From Candidatus Iainarchaeum sp. (GTDB lineage: Archaea; Iainarchaeota; Iainarchaeia; Iainarchaeales; CSSED10-239), in assembly GCA_037441475.1 (NCBI GenBank), contig JBBISB010000001.1, positions 126,418 to 158,417 on the forward strand: 32,000 nt of DNA, written 5' to 3'. Made by a program: the position numbers and the translations under genes. Positions 1-9,326 of the stretch are shown here, in pieces (position 1 is the first letter of the stretch; the number at the start of each line of letters is the position of its first letter). Under the pieces are notes generated by a model that saw only the letters and a program-made list of their open reading frames with translations, had not been told where the DNA came from and did no database searches.

Positions 1-43
1 AATGGAACTGCTCCAAAAAAACCTTTTTCTTTATTTAACATAA

Positions 44-406
44 TCATCTACCAGGAGGTCTTCCACCCATTTTTTTCACCAATTGGTTTCTAGCAGCATG
101 TTCTGTAGCTCCAGGAGTACCATTAGTTTCCATCTTCTTACCCATCATCTCTTCAGCAGAACCACCAGCACTTATGAAGAAGAAATCAACAAAGATACCA
201 GCTACACCTACTGATAAAAGAATATAGAAGATATAACCTACTTTAAAGACAGGCCAGAATAAAAAGACCATAACAATTACAGTTACACTTATTAAGACTA
301 AGGCAAAGGTATTATGTGTAACCCTTCTTCTAATAAAGGCTATGATTGTAAGTATTAAAAATAACTGCAAAATAAAATCAAAGTCTTGTAAAATATTTAA
401 ATACAT
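44..406 (-). CDS. small integral membrane protein (120 aa), about 3 predicted TM helices and a basic Gly/Pro-rich C-terminal tail; function unknown
   Basis: ORF with ATG at 404-406 and TGA stop at 44-46. AAGGTT Shine-Dalgarno-like motif lies 7 nt upstream. Hydrophobic stretches: LQLFLILTIIAFI, FALVLISVTVIVMVFLFWPVF, GYIFYILLSVGVAGIFVDFFFI. Last gene of the co-directional array. No family recognised. Confidence 0.55.
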   Translation of the reverse strand: MYLNILQDFDFILQLFLILTIIAFIRRRVTHNTFALVLISVTVIVMVFLFWPVFKVGYIFYILLSVGVAGIFVDFFFISAGGSAEEMMGKKMETNGTPGATEHAARNQLVKKMGGRPPGR

Positions 407-413
407 TTTCTAT

Positions 414-419
414 AACCTT
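414..419 (-). promoter_or_regulatory. Shine-Dalgarno-like site (AAGGTT) for the 120-aa ORF
   Basis: Plus-strand aacctt lies 7 nt from the ATG at 404-406. Confidence 0.45.
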
Positions 420-453
420 TTTTTTTAAATTAATTACCATCAGGGCTTCCACC

Positions 454-3400
454 TTAAGGATTTGATGTTGTTGGACAATTGTAAGTAAGGGAAGATATAT
501 TATCTAAAATACCTTCATTTTCGGATACTGTGAAATTTACTTTACTATCAATCCACTTAATATATGTTCTACTTGGAGATTTATAAATACATGCTTTTTC
601 TTGTTTTATATACTCAAATAAATCTTCGACTGTTCTAAGGTTTTCTAAATTATTACCAACCTCATGATCAGAACTTGAAAATAAAATATTTGAAGTTTGA
701 TTAACTCCTGAAGGATTTCCTTTTGTAAACACTTTTGTGTTAGGGTTATTATTAAGTTCATTTATTTTAAAATACATTGAAGAAATATTAAGTGCTGTTG
801 GAAGATATAACATTGTGTTAATATCTATGTTACTATCTAAAACATTCTTTGTATCTAAAATATATCTTGTTTCTTCTATTCCACTATAACGCATATCCTT
901 ATAGATTTTATCCTCTTTATACCATGTTAAAAAGCTATGTCCAATAACACTATTAAGTGAAGACTCATTATCTAAAAGAGAATATGAAAAATTATTATCC
1001 TTAAGACATGCAAGATGTGAAAAGATTGGTATAGGATAAGATGGAGTGTATGTCATCTGTATGTAATCATCAGGAAGAGATTCAAGGAATAATATTTTAC
1101 CTTCAGATTTAATTGTATTTCTTAAACCTGTTAAGGAATTATTATTAATTAATTTAAGTTCTTTAATAGGAGAGTTTACATTTGTATAATTGATGTTTAC
1201 ATCTTTGTTTAAAATAACAGAATCTTCACTAATTACCTTCACACCATAACCATTTCTTGTACCATCTTTATTTAAATTACCATTAAACGGCATATAATGG
1301 AAGACATTAAGCTCTGTTGATGGAAGATCTAATTCCTTTATTAGATTTATGTGTATGAGCTGATCTGAAATTGTTCCTTTGTAAGCAGTATTATTTGTAT
1401 TACCATAAACCATAACTTTGTAAATACCAGGAGTGTATACTTTTAAGTTAGGGTCATTATTAATAACTATCTTAAATTTACCTTGATTTACAGCTGCTAC
1501 AGAAAAGATATCTGTATGTGGCTTATCATATGCATTGTATATTGTAGTAGGATGACCAATAAAGTCTTTTAAAAGATCATCAGAGATACCATCATTCATT
1601 AATTTGATATAGAAGGCTTCAGTTACACCATTTTCTATCTTATTGAATATTGAAAGAAGCATTTGAAGAGAATCACATGCATATTTACTACTCATATTAT
1701 TAGAAGAATCACCTATACATTTAGTCTTCCAAGATCCTGAATCTAAGGCCTTTTCACCCCAGTTAAAGAAAACCTTTGGAAGATTTGCTTCTCCTGTATA
1801 ACAAGACTCTTTCTGAGCTTGACAATAACCTAAAATAAAAATATCACTACCTATTTCTTGACCACCAACACCTAAACAATAATCAAAGGTGATATCTCTC
1901 TCTGTTTCATCAAGAGCTACCTTTGTAATTGTATAAGCTAAGGGCCTAGATTTATTAAAATCAGGAACAGCATTATTTAAAATCTTAAAATTAAAAAATG
2001 TATTTGTGTTTCCTGTAGTTGTATCTTCAGTTAATGAAGAAAAATTATAATAGTAATTAATATTTCTATTAAAAGCTTCTTTTGTAAGGTTAAGAGTAGA
2101 AGATAAATTATTAACATTTATATTTTGATCTTCTGGAACTAAAGTTAAAGAGGTTAGAAGAGTGATGTCATAGTTATCTGTATTCTTTTTAAAAGAATAT
2201 TTTTTATTTTCACTACAATCACTTAAAGTACAGTATATTAAAATATTATTATCTATAGAAAAAACATCTACTAGGGAAGAAGAATCAAATACCTTTAAAT
2301 TAACTTCTTCTGTAAAAGAAACTTCCTTTCCAGAAAGTAAGAAATTAAAGGTTAAAATAATGTTTCCTTGAGAAGGATAATTTCCTGAATAAGTATCATT
2401 AAATTTAAAAACAATAGGAATTACTTTACCAGAAGTAGATAAACTTTGATTTACTGAAGATGCAAGAGAGTTATTAAAGATTGATGAATCTATAAATGAA
2501 GGAAGAGCACTTGAGGTAATATTCTTTAAAACAGCAGAGGAGGATGAAGAAAAGTTATAATCAATACTTATGTTTGGATTAAGATCCTTTATAATCTCAA
2601 CAGTAAAAGTATTTTCATCCTTAAAGACACCTTTCTTAGGTGTTGGGTAAGATAAAGTGTAATTAATATTTCCGAGATTATTAACAGCAATAATAGTATT
2701 TGCATCTAACAAATATTGAAGAGAACCACCAATCTTTAAAATATTTCTATAACTATTGTTAAATATGCCAGACTGATTAACATCTTGGTTTAATATCAAA
2801 GAAGTAATCACTTTAGTTTGATTTAAAGTAATAGGCTTTGGAATATTGTTATTTAAAGACATGTTTGACTTAATTAAAGAATTATTAAAAATACTTGAAG
2901 AACCAGTAAAAGATAAATCCTCTAAATTTCCTGAAATATTTGTAGATTTAACAATAGTGTAATCTGTTTTATTAATATCACTAAAGACAACTTTATTGGT
3001 TAAAATATAATAGTTTGCAGAAGCATTTATTGAATCTTCTAAAATATTATACCCAGAGAATATCTTTTTAACTCTTGAAACTGTATTTCCTACAAATCCA
3101 AACTCAGGAGAAAATATAAAATAAAAATTAACGTTTTTATCAATATCTACAATATCAGCATAGATATTTTGATTTACTAAAACACCCTGAGCATTTGTTG
3201 AACCTAAAGGAATAAGTTCAGAACCAAATTTTTGGTATTTAACAATAACATCTGAAACTGGAGAGCCATAGTTATCAAGAACCTTAAAAGAAACATTATT
3301 TTCTCCTATTATTAATTGATCATTAAAAACATCTGTTGTAATTTCAAAAACAAAATTAACATCTGAATAATAGGAATAAACATTTGTATTTATGGTTGGA

Positions 3401-6400
3401 AAGTTTGTAAAAAGATTAGTAACTATCTTAGGTATTGAAAAAGTAGTATTTTCAAAGAAACCAGTAGGTCTAAATAAAGTATAAGTCCTTAAGAAATACC
3501 CTCTATTAATATCTACAACAGGAAGAGAGTAATTTACATCTTCAACGTTTATATGATAGTAAATACCTTGGTCTGTGGTGTTATTATCACTACCAGGAAG
3601 TTCTCCACCAAGTGTTAAAAAACCAGTTAATAATAAAGGAACAGTATTATTATTATCTTCAGACAAATCTCCTTGACTTGATGCTTGTTGAGGAGTTGAG
3701 TTTCCTAGAGAAGATAAATAACCATAACTTGAATACTTTAAATTATTGTTTGTGTAAACTGAAGTCTGTAAAGTTTTTCCATTTCTGGAAGTATTCTTAA
3801 GATATAGATATTCAACATCATACTTATAGTAATTATCAATAGAAACTGCATAACCATCTGCATATGAAGGAAGAACAGTTCCATTAAAGTCCTTTATTTT
3901 AGTTTGATAAATATAATCTGTATTTTCAAAAGGTATTAAATATTTGTTTGTCTTTGCATAGAAGTATCCATTAGGATAGATTGGTATAGAGTTCCAGGAA
4001 ACTGGTAAAGTAGGATCAAAGGAATAAGTTTGACCATAGATTGTTGAAAGACTTCTATAATTAAGGTTATAGTAATCAGTTGGGGCAATAGGAGTTTCTC
4101 TAAACTTAATGTTAACAGAAAATTCTAAGATGTTTGGTACTAAATCAATGAAATCTATTTTAACCCATTTGTAACCATCTCCTGAATAATTATACTGCTT
4201 ATCATTATTGTATGTTTGGTTAAAAGAAACTATATTAAAGTCAGGTATATGTTCTCCTGAAAACTTATACCCTCTTAAAACATCTACATCCTCTGAGATG
4301 ATGTCTTCAGAGACTAAGAAGATATATTCATCATCAATAAATGTTTGATTACCAGCTCTTATGAAAGCATACTTCTCTTCTGCATCTAAAAGACAAGAGG
4401 TGTATTTAAGTTTTACTTTATACTCTTTATCTAAACCGTTTTCTATAAAGTCAATCTTGTTAACAGTTGTTACACCTGATTTATCATAAAGACCTAAAAC
4501 ATCAAGCTTACCATTTTCACAGGAAGCTAGAGTTGATAAAGAAATTGTTTTAAAAATCTCTTGATCAGGAATTAAAGTTATTAGTTCTGTTTGGTAAGTG
4601 GTATAACCTGCAGAAGAAACTATAGCATACACTCTGTTTACTGAACCTGTAAAGTAATATTGTTTATTTGTATCACTATTAACAACCACATATTCAGTTA
4701 CTGGGTCATGCATAGCATCATAGAAATTAATGTCATAAGATATATTTGGAGTAACCTTAAGGTTTAATATCTTAGGAATATCCTTTAAATCAACTGAAAG
4801 TTTTAAGAAAGAATTAACATCTAGTTTTTTAATATTTGAAACTCCTTCTTTATCAACAACATTATGTATTGCATAAGCATAATAATCTCTATTTGCTCTT
4901 TGCATATTAAAGTTAACATCTCCAAATTGATTAGTAAATTTTGGTTCTAAGTTAACAAGATCAAAAGAATCATTTGTTTTTCTGTAAAGATATACCTTTG
5001 CATTAGAAATATTTGATCCTTCATTCTTAACATTAACACCAATCATTCCAGAGTTAAGTTCTGAAGAAAACTCTAAAGGTATAATAACATTTGTATCTAT
5101 TCCATTAACAACAAATGGATCTGGTTGAAGATAACCACTATCTTCTGTGTTTAGCACCCTTACCCTGTAATTGTAAAAATCAAGAACATTAAAGGTATAA
5201 TGGTTTGTATCTTGAGCAATGTGCTCTTGAATAGAATAATTATTATCTGTATCTTTTAATTTTGAATCTAAGATGATATCTGCATAAACAGGTGCACCGG
5301 TGTTTGCATCTTTTAAAGTTACTGAAATGTATCCTGGTCTTCCTATACTACATGTTCCATCTGCATTCTGTTTTAAGAAAGGTTTTAAATGTGGGTTTAA
5401 ACAGTCAATTTCTCCAGCTATACAATAATCTTGATATTTCAAGATACTACAGTCAAAGTCAAGAAGTTCTTGTAAAGTAAAAAGTCTAATCTCTGTGTTT
5501 GTGGTATTATTTTTTGTAACTGTAAAAGGACCTTTTAAAGGATGTGTTAAGTAACCTTCTTTTGAAATTGTTAAAAGATATTGTTTAGGCTCTAAAGAAA
5601 ATTCACCTAAACCATAAAGATCAGTTGTTTTTGAATCTAGTGGTAAAAGAACAGAAGAGGAAGAGTTATTGTAAACAGTTGCCTCTGAACCTGCAAGAGC
5701 AACTCCTGAAATGTTTTTAACAGAGAAACCTAATTTTCCTCTATCATTATTTATTCTTGTTAAGTTTACTTTATTGTTTGATTCAATAACTTTATTTGTA
5801 ACTGCTGAAAAATGATTTGAAGTTACAGAAACTCTTAAAGAACCACAAGCATATGGTGTGTTTACTATTACCTTGCCTGTTGACACTAAGGTAGTTTTAG
5901 GTGTTGGTGTTTTTTCTGTGTTTGAACAACTAAAGGTTACATTTAATGTTGAGTTTGTTATTAATGTGTTTTCATTCTCAACAAACATTATCTCTCTTTC
6001 TTCAGCAGGGTTTTGTGGAACTAATGGGTTTTTAGTATCTATTGGAAGATATACCTTCTGTCTTAAATTATTTTTATTTAATTTAAAAACATGTTCTGTG
6101 GGGTCATAGTTTTCTTTTGAGACTATTAAAGTTATGTTTTGTTTCTTTGACTTAAAGTCATAAAAGATAACTTCACCAAATACATCTGTACTTGCAAATG
6201 AAACATTCTTATCTTTAATCTGTAAAGTTACTAAAGCGTTGTTTAAAGGTACATTTGAAGGGTTATAAACCTCTACAGCAATCGTCCAAGATTTATTGAA
6301 AGACAATCCTCCAGAAAATATTAAATAAAATAATAATAATAAAATTACTAAAAATAAAATAAAACTTGGAAATACCTTGTCAATAGTATCTGTAAGTTTG

Positions 6401-6843
6401 TTTATAGGTATTACTTTACTTACACCATCAATCATCTTATAGTAGTTATCTTCAAAAAAGAAATACCCTCTCTTTAATGTATTTTTAACTCTTGTAAAAA
6501 AGCCTACTTTATGAACATCTTTTAAAGAAGCTTTACTTTTATTAATCTCAGAATCCTTCTTTAAATCCTTAACATCTATCTTTTCTTTAGAAACATTGTT
6601 TACTGATAAAGATATTTCCTTTAAAACTTCATCTCTTGAAAGTGTTTTTTTAGTTTCTTGTTTTAAAGGTAATTTATTATCAGTTATCATCTTTACAACT
6701 ATAGATGCTACTTTCTCAGAGTATCCTTGTTTCTTAATAGTTTCTTTAATCTCATCAATAGTGTAGTTACTGGTTTTGTCTGAAAGTAAAGCATATAGCT
6801 TTGCAGCTTCTATTTTTTCTTGAGATTTTTTAAATATTGACAT
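454..6843 (-). CDS. giant N-terminally anchored surface protein, paralog E (2129 aa): cytoplasmic N-region, one TM, beta-sandwich repeat array, shared C-terminal module
   Basis: Uninterrupted 6390-nt ORF with TAA stop. About 158 aa of Lys/Glu-rich N-terminal region precede a single TM (aa 159-178, PSFILFLVILLLLFYLIFSG). Repeats have a CarboxypepD_reg-like pattern (GYISVTLKDANTGAPVYADIILD; KVLDNYGSPVSDVIVKY). The C-terminal roughly 480 aa align with three paralogs (PGIYKVMV, HYMPFNG..NGYGV, ACIYKS...YNC). Confidence 0.9.
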   Translation of the reverse strand: MSIFKKSQEKIEAAKLYALLSDKTSNYTIDEIKETIKKQGYSEKVASIVVKMITDNKLPLKQETKKTLSRDEVLKEISLSVNNVSKEKIDVKDLKKDSEINKSKASLKDVHKVGFFTRVKNTLKRGYFFFEDNYYKMIDGVSKVIPINKLTDTIDKVFPSFILFLVILLLLFYLIFSGGLSFNKSWTIAVEVYNPSNVPLNNALVTLQIKDKNVSFASTDVFGEVIFYDFKSKKQNITLIVSKENYDPTEHVFKLNKNNLRQKVYLPIDTKNPLVPQNPAEEREIMFVENENTLITNSTLNVTFSCSNTEKTPTPKTTLVSTGKVIVNTPYACGSLRVSVTSNHFSAVTNKVIESNNKVNLTRINNDRGKLGFSVKNISGVALAGSEATVYNNSSSSVLLPLDSKTTDLYGLGEFSLEPKQYLLTISKEGYLTHPLKGPFTVTKNNTTNTEIRLFTLQELLDFDCSILKYQDYCIAGEIDCLNPHLKPFLKQNADGTCSIGRPGYISVTLKDANTGAPVYADIILDSKLKDTDNNYSIQEHIAQDTNHYTFNVLDFYNYRVRVLNTEDSGYLQPDPFVVNGIDTNVIIPLEFSSELNSGMIGVNVKNEGSNISNAKVYLYRKTNDSFDLVNLEPKFTNQFGDVNFNMQRANRDYYAYAIHNVVDKEGVSNIKKLDVNSFLKLSVDLKDIPKILNLKVTPNISYDINFYDAMHDPVTEYVVVNSDTNKQYYFTGSVNRVYAIVSSAGYTTYQTELITLIPDQEIFKTISLSTLASCENGKLDVLGLYDKSGVTTVNKIDFIENGLDKEYKVKLKYTSCLLDAEEKYAFIRAGNQTFIDDEYIFLVSEDIISEDVDVLRGYKFSGEHIPDFNIVSFNQTYNNDKQYNYSGDGYKWVKIDFIDLVPNILEFSVNIKFRETPIAPTDYYNLNYRSLSTIYGQTYSFDPTLPVSWNSIPIYPNGYFYAKTNKYLIPFENTDYIYQTKIKDFNGTVLPSYADGYAVSIDNYYKYDVEYLYLKNTSRNGKTLQTSVYTNNNLKYSSYGYLSSLGNSTPQQASSQGDLSEDNNNTVPLLLTGFLTLGGELPGSDNNTTDQGIYYHINVEDVNYSLPVVDINRGYFLRTYTLFRPTGFFENTTFSIPKIVTNLFTNFPTINTNVYSYYSDVNFVFEITTDVFNDQLIIGENNVSFKVLDNYGSPVSDVIVKYQKFGSELIPLGSTNAQGVLVNQNIYADIVDIDKNVNFYFIFSPEFGFVGNTVSRVKKIFSGYNILEDSINASANYYILTNKVVFSDINKTDYTIVKSTNISGNLEDLSFTGSSSIFNNSLIKSNMSLNNNIPKPITLNQTKVITSLILNQDVNQSGIFNNSYRNILKIGGSLQYLLDANTIIAVNNLGNINYTLSYPTPKKGVFKDENTFTVEIIKDLNPNISIDYNFSSSSSAVLKNITSSALPSFIDSSIFNNSLASSVNQSLSTSGKVIPIVFKFNDTYSGNYPSQGNIILTFNFLLSGKEVSFTEEVNLKVFDSSSLVDVFSIDNNILIYCTLSDCSENKKYSFKKNTDNYDITLLTSLTLVPEDQNINVNNLSSTLNLTKEAFNRNINYYYNFSSLTEDTTTGNTNTFFNFKILNNAVPDFNKSRPLAYTITKVALDETERDITFDYCLGVGGQEIGSDIFILGYCQAQKESCYTGEANLPKVFFNWGEKALDSGSWKTKCIGDSSNNMSSKYACDSLQMLLSIFNKIENGVTEAFYIKLMNDGISDDLLKDFIGHPTTIYNAYDKPHTDIFSVAAVNQGKFKIVINNDPNLKVYTPGIYKVMVYGNTNNTAYKGTISDQLIHINLIKELDLPSTELNVFHYMPFNGNLNKDGTRNGYGVKVISEDSVILNKDVNINYTNVNSPIKELKLINNNSLTGLRNTIKSEGKILFLESLPDDYIQMTYTPSYPIPIFSHLACLKDNNFSYSLLDNESSLNSVIGHSFLTWYKEDKIYKDMRYSGIEETRYILDTKNVLDSNIDINTMLYLPTALNISSMYFKINELNNNPNTKVFTKGNPSGVNQTSNILFSSSDHEVGNNLENLRTVEDLFEYIKQEKACIYKSPSRTYIKWIDSKVNFTVSENEGILDNISSLTYNCPTTSNP
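457..1896 (-). other. shared C-terminal module, short form (aa ~1650-2129 of the 2129-aa ORF)
   Basis: DYCLGVGG...FFNWGEKALDSGSWKTKC..KYACDSLQMLLSIFNKI, PGIYKVMV, HYMPFNG..NGYGV, MLYLPTA, ACIYKS..YNC. More divergent than the long form and lacks its middle section. Confidence 0.65.
4534..6288 (-). repeat. protein-level tandem array of CarboxypepD_reg/prealbumin-like beta-sandwich repeats (paralog E, aa ~186-770)
   Basis: TIAVEVYNPSNVPLNNALVTLQI..TDVFGEVIFY; LGFSVKNISGVALAGSEATVY..TDLYGLGEFSL; YISVTLKDANTGAPVYADIIL; IGVNVKNEGSNISNAKVYLY..TNQFGDVNFN. Boundaries are approximate. Confidence 0.7.
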
Positions 6844-6858
6844 ATCTTTTCTTAATTT

Positions 6859-9309
6859 TTATTTTTTAAATAATGGTGTGAAAGGGAAGTTAAAAGAAGT
6901 TCCATCAATAGAACCTTCTATTCTGTAATTTTGATAATAACAAAAAATATCTTTCCCAGTTAAATCCATGTTAATATCATAATACCATTCTAAGTTGTTT
7001 AGGTTAAGCTTATATTCATAAAGATTTAATTTTTCATTTAAAACACCAGATATTGTTGCTTTGTTTGTGTAAAGTGGAAGGTGATTTTCTTTTGTAAAAG
7101 GGTTATAAAGATTATTTATTTTTGTAAAGGCAGAATTGTTTCTAGCATAGTATATCTTAAGGTTGTTTGCATTAATAGTTCCTTGCTTTGAAGAAAATAA
7201 AGTGTATGTTTGTGAAAATTTATTTGCAGAGCCTGTTGGAAAAACAGCTGTACTTTCAAAATCATAATAATCACAGATTGAACATTCTGCGTTTTGTGTA
7301 TAGTTTGTGCTAGGAGGTAAAAAGCCTTGAACCTCTCCTTGGTTTGCTAGATTAATAGAAATATTTCCTGAAAGATAATCAAGATTTTGTGAAGGTTTTT
7401 TAATGTAACAAGCGTTGTTTACTTTTATTTTTCTATTAGTTGTATCTCCTGTAATTCCATCTTCATTATAAGTAATACAACTATTAATACAAGAATTATA
7501 AATTAAATCATCTTCTGCTAACTGCTCTGGAGTACAAGTAAGTTCATTATCATCACTTTCTTTACATAAACGATTCTCTTGACATTCATTCATACACTCA
7601 TTATCATAATTAATTGTTGAAGAACTACTTAAAATAGTATATACTTTAAAAGGAAGATAACTTCCTGTCTGTAACTTTTGAATAACAACATCAGATTCAT
7701 TAGGATCAGGTAATCTTTTACTATTAACAACTAAATTAAAATTATTTGTTTTATTTATTAAATAATCAATAAAAACATTTTTTGTAACTCCTGAAACACC
7801 ATTAAATCCATTTATAGTTCCTTTTAAACCATGAACATTTGATTCTAAATTAATATTTATATTTCCTATGTTATTTAAAATGCCAATATCTAAATTAGAA
7901 AGAAGGCTACCGCCATCTCCTCCATTCCCTGCTTTACTTTCATCAGGATAATTGTTTTTACGTCCACCATCATTACCTTTGCCTGCTAAGGAATTAATAT
8001 TTAAGATACCGCTATTGTTGATACTACCTATCTGTTTAAAATCATTATTACAAACTAATTTATTAAATTGAGAATCCCATACAGTGTTACAAAAAAATAT
8101 ATTTCCTCCATAACCACCATTTCCCCCTTTAGCTTCATCTTTTCTAGAACCACCATCAAAACCAGTATTTCCTCCAAGTCCGCCTTTTCCTGCTAAAAGA
8201 TTTATACTAAGAAGTTGAGTATTATCAATAGTATCTTTTATAAAAAAAGAAATATGTCCACCATCTCCTCCATTTCCTCCGTTACCAGGTAAATTTCTAG
8301 AGGCACAATTATCAGGACTACTTCTTTTTGAAGAAGACCCATTTCCTCCATCAGCCCCATCTCCTGAAATTATTTTAAGATCAAGAGATCCATTATTCAT
8401 AATTTTATCTAAAATAAACTTAACTTCTCCAGCATTTCCGGCATTAACTCCATGAGCAGGAGGAGAATTAGTACGATTATTACCAGTACACTTTGGAGCA
8501 GTTTTACCCTTTCCTGAATCTGCTGATTTAAGAAGTATATTTAATGTCCCATAATTATAAATTGCATTATTATCAACATATACACTTCCACCTGATCTAC
8601 CAGGATCACAAATACCAGTTGGTTTTTTAGCTTCTACAGTAAGATCTAAAGCACTGCCTTCTAAAACAATTAAATTATTAAAATTAAAAGTTAAATCTTC
8701 TTTAATATATACTAAATCTCCTTCAGCCCAACTTACACAATAACTTCTTTCTTTAGTTCTCATTTCTATTTTAGAAGTTTTAGAAACAACTAAATTATTA
8801 AAATCAAAAGTAAAAGTTGCATTTCCAAGCTTATCGTTATTGTTTACAAAAATATCTATGTTCTTACCATTTGTGTTTAAAGAATCAATACCTGAAATCT
8901 TTAAAGAAGTTGTTGTGCTTGTAATCTCCATCTTTAGGTTTGAACCAAGTAAAACATTTACTTTTGTGTTTTCTTGACAAGAAGACTTTGTAAAAGATAG
9001 ATTACTAGTTAAAGACACGTCTGTTGGAGAAGGAACATATTCATCTACACAAGCTTGTGCACACTCTATATTTTGCGGAGAATAAAAATTACTACATCCC
9101 TCTAAGCAAGTATCAAGAGAAGGAGAAGTTGCATCAGAGCTGTTAAATAAAATAAAATTACATTCATCCCCCACACATCCAAAAGGAATGACTTTAAGAG
9201 ACGGAGAATTAACAGTAAGTGAACAACTATCAGAAAACACATATGACTGTACAAATAACAAAAGAACTACTAAAACCACAGTTAATATTATTTTTTTAAG
9301 CACACTCAT
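6859..9309 (-). CDS. secreted Cys-rich protein with central Gly/Asn-rich (GNGGxGG) repeat core, probably beta-helical (816 aa); function unknown
   Basis: 2451-nt ORF with TAA stop. N-terminal signal peptide (KKIILTVVLVVLLLFVQSYVFS|DSC). Eight Cys within aa 29-111. Glycine turns (GDGADGGNG, GNGGNGGDGG, GKGGLGGNTGFDGG, GGNGGYGG, GNGGDGGS) alternate with hydrophobic strand-like segments. A second Cys cluster follows (CMNECQENRLC...CTPE...CINSC). Confidence 0.85.
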   Translation of the reverse strand: MSVLKKIILTVVLVVLLLFVQSYVFSDSCSLTVNSPSLKVIPFGCVGDECNFILFNSSDATSPSLDTCLEGCSNFYSPQNIECAQACVDEYVPSPTDVSLTSNLSFTKSSCQENTKVNVLLGSNLKMEITSTTTSLKISGIDSLNTNGKNIDIFVNNNDKLGNATFTFDFNNLVVSKTSKIEMRTKERSYCVSWAEGDLVYIKEDLTFNFNNLIVLEGSALDLTVEAKKPTGICDPGRSGGSVYVDNNAIYNYGTLNILLKSADSGKGKTAPKCTGNNRTNSPPAHGVNAGNAGEVKFILDKIMNNGSLDLKIISGDGADGGNGSSSKRSSPDNCASRNLPGNGGNGGDGGHISFFIKDTIDNTQLLSINLLAGKGGLGGNTGFDGGSRKDEAKGGNGGYGGNIFFCNTVWDSQFNKLVCNNDFKQIGSINNSGILNINSLAGKGNDGGRKNNYPDESKAGNGGDGGSLLSNLDIGILNNIGNININLESNVHGLKGTINGFNGVSGVTKNVFIDYLINKTNNFNLVVNSKRLPDPNESDVVIQKLQTGSYLPFKVYTILSSSSTINYDNECMNECQENRLCKESDDNELTCTPEQLAEDDLIYNSCINSCITYNEDGITGDTTNRKIKVNNACYIKKPSQNLDYLSGNISINLANQGEVQGFLPPSTNYTQNAECSICDYYDFESTAVFPTGSANKFSQTYTLFSSKQGTINANNLKIYYARNNSAFTKINNLYNPFTKENHLPLYTNKATISGVLNEKLNLYEYKLNLNNLEWYYDINMDLTGKDIFCYYQNYRIEGSIDGTSFNFPFTPLFKK
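7900..8457 (-). repeat. Gly/Asn-rich GNGGxGG repeat core of the 816-aa protein (aa ~285-470)
   Basis: Glycine turns alternate with strand-like segments: AGNAGEVKFILDKIMNNGSLDLKIISG, DGADGGNG, PGNGGNGGDGGHISFFIKDTIDNTQLLSINLLAG, KGGLGGNTGFDGG, GGNGGYGGNIFF, SGILNINSLAGKGNDGG, AGNGGDGGSLLSNLDIGILNNIGNININL. Confidence 0.75.
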
Positions 9310-9326
9310 ACATCTTCTTTTTTATT

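Noticed and set aside
15-21. Oligo-T (T7 on the minus strand) about 25 nt downstream of the last gene, as an archaeal-type terminator for the array
   Set aside because: Homopolymer A/T runs of this length occur throughout this AT-rich window, including inside coding regions. No stem-loop precedes it. It cannot be distinguished from background without transcript 3'-end data.
44-46. Possible alternative genetic code (TGA recoding, as in some CPR lineages or Mollicutes)
   Set aside because: All seven other genes end in TAA, and the giant ORFs are open under the standard code with Trp encoded by TGG where I checked. The single TGA terminates the 120-aa ORF, and a TAA follows three codons later. 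Nothing requires recoding.
7900-8457. Calling the Gly-rich repeats of the 816-aa protein RTX (hemolysin-type Ca2+-binding) repeats
   Set aside because: Individual turns such as GGNGGDGGH resemble GGxGxD. However, they are not arranged as tandem nonapeptides (GGxGxDxUx). About 20-40 non-glycine residues separate them, and no C-terminal T1SS-type signal or neighbouring ABC/MFP genes are present. I kept it as an unclassified Gly/Asn repeat.
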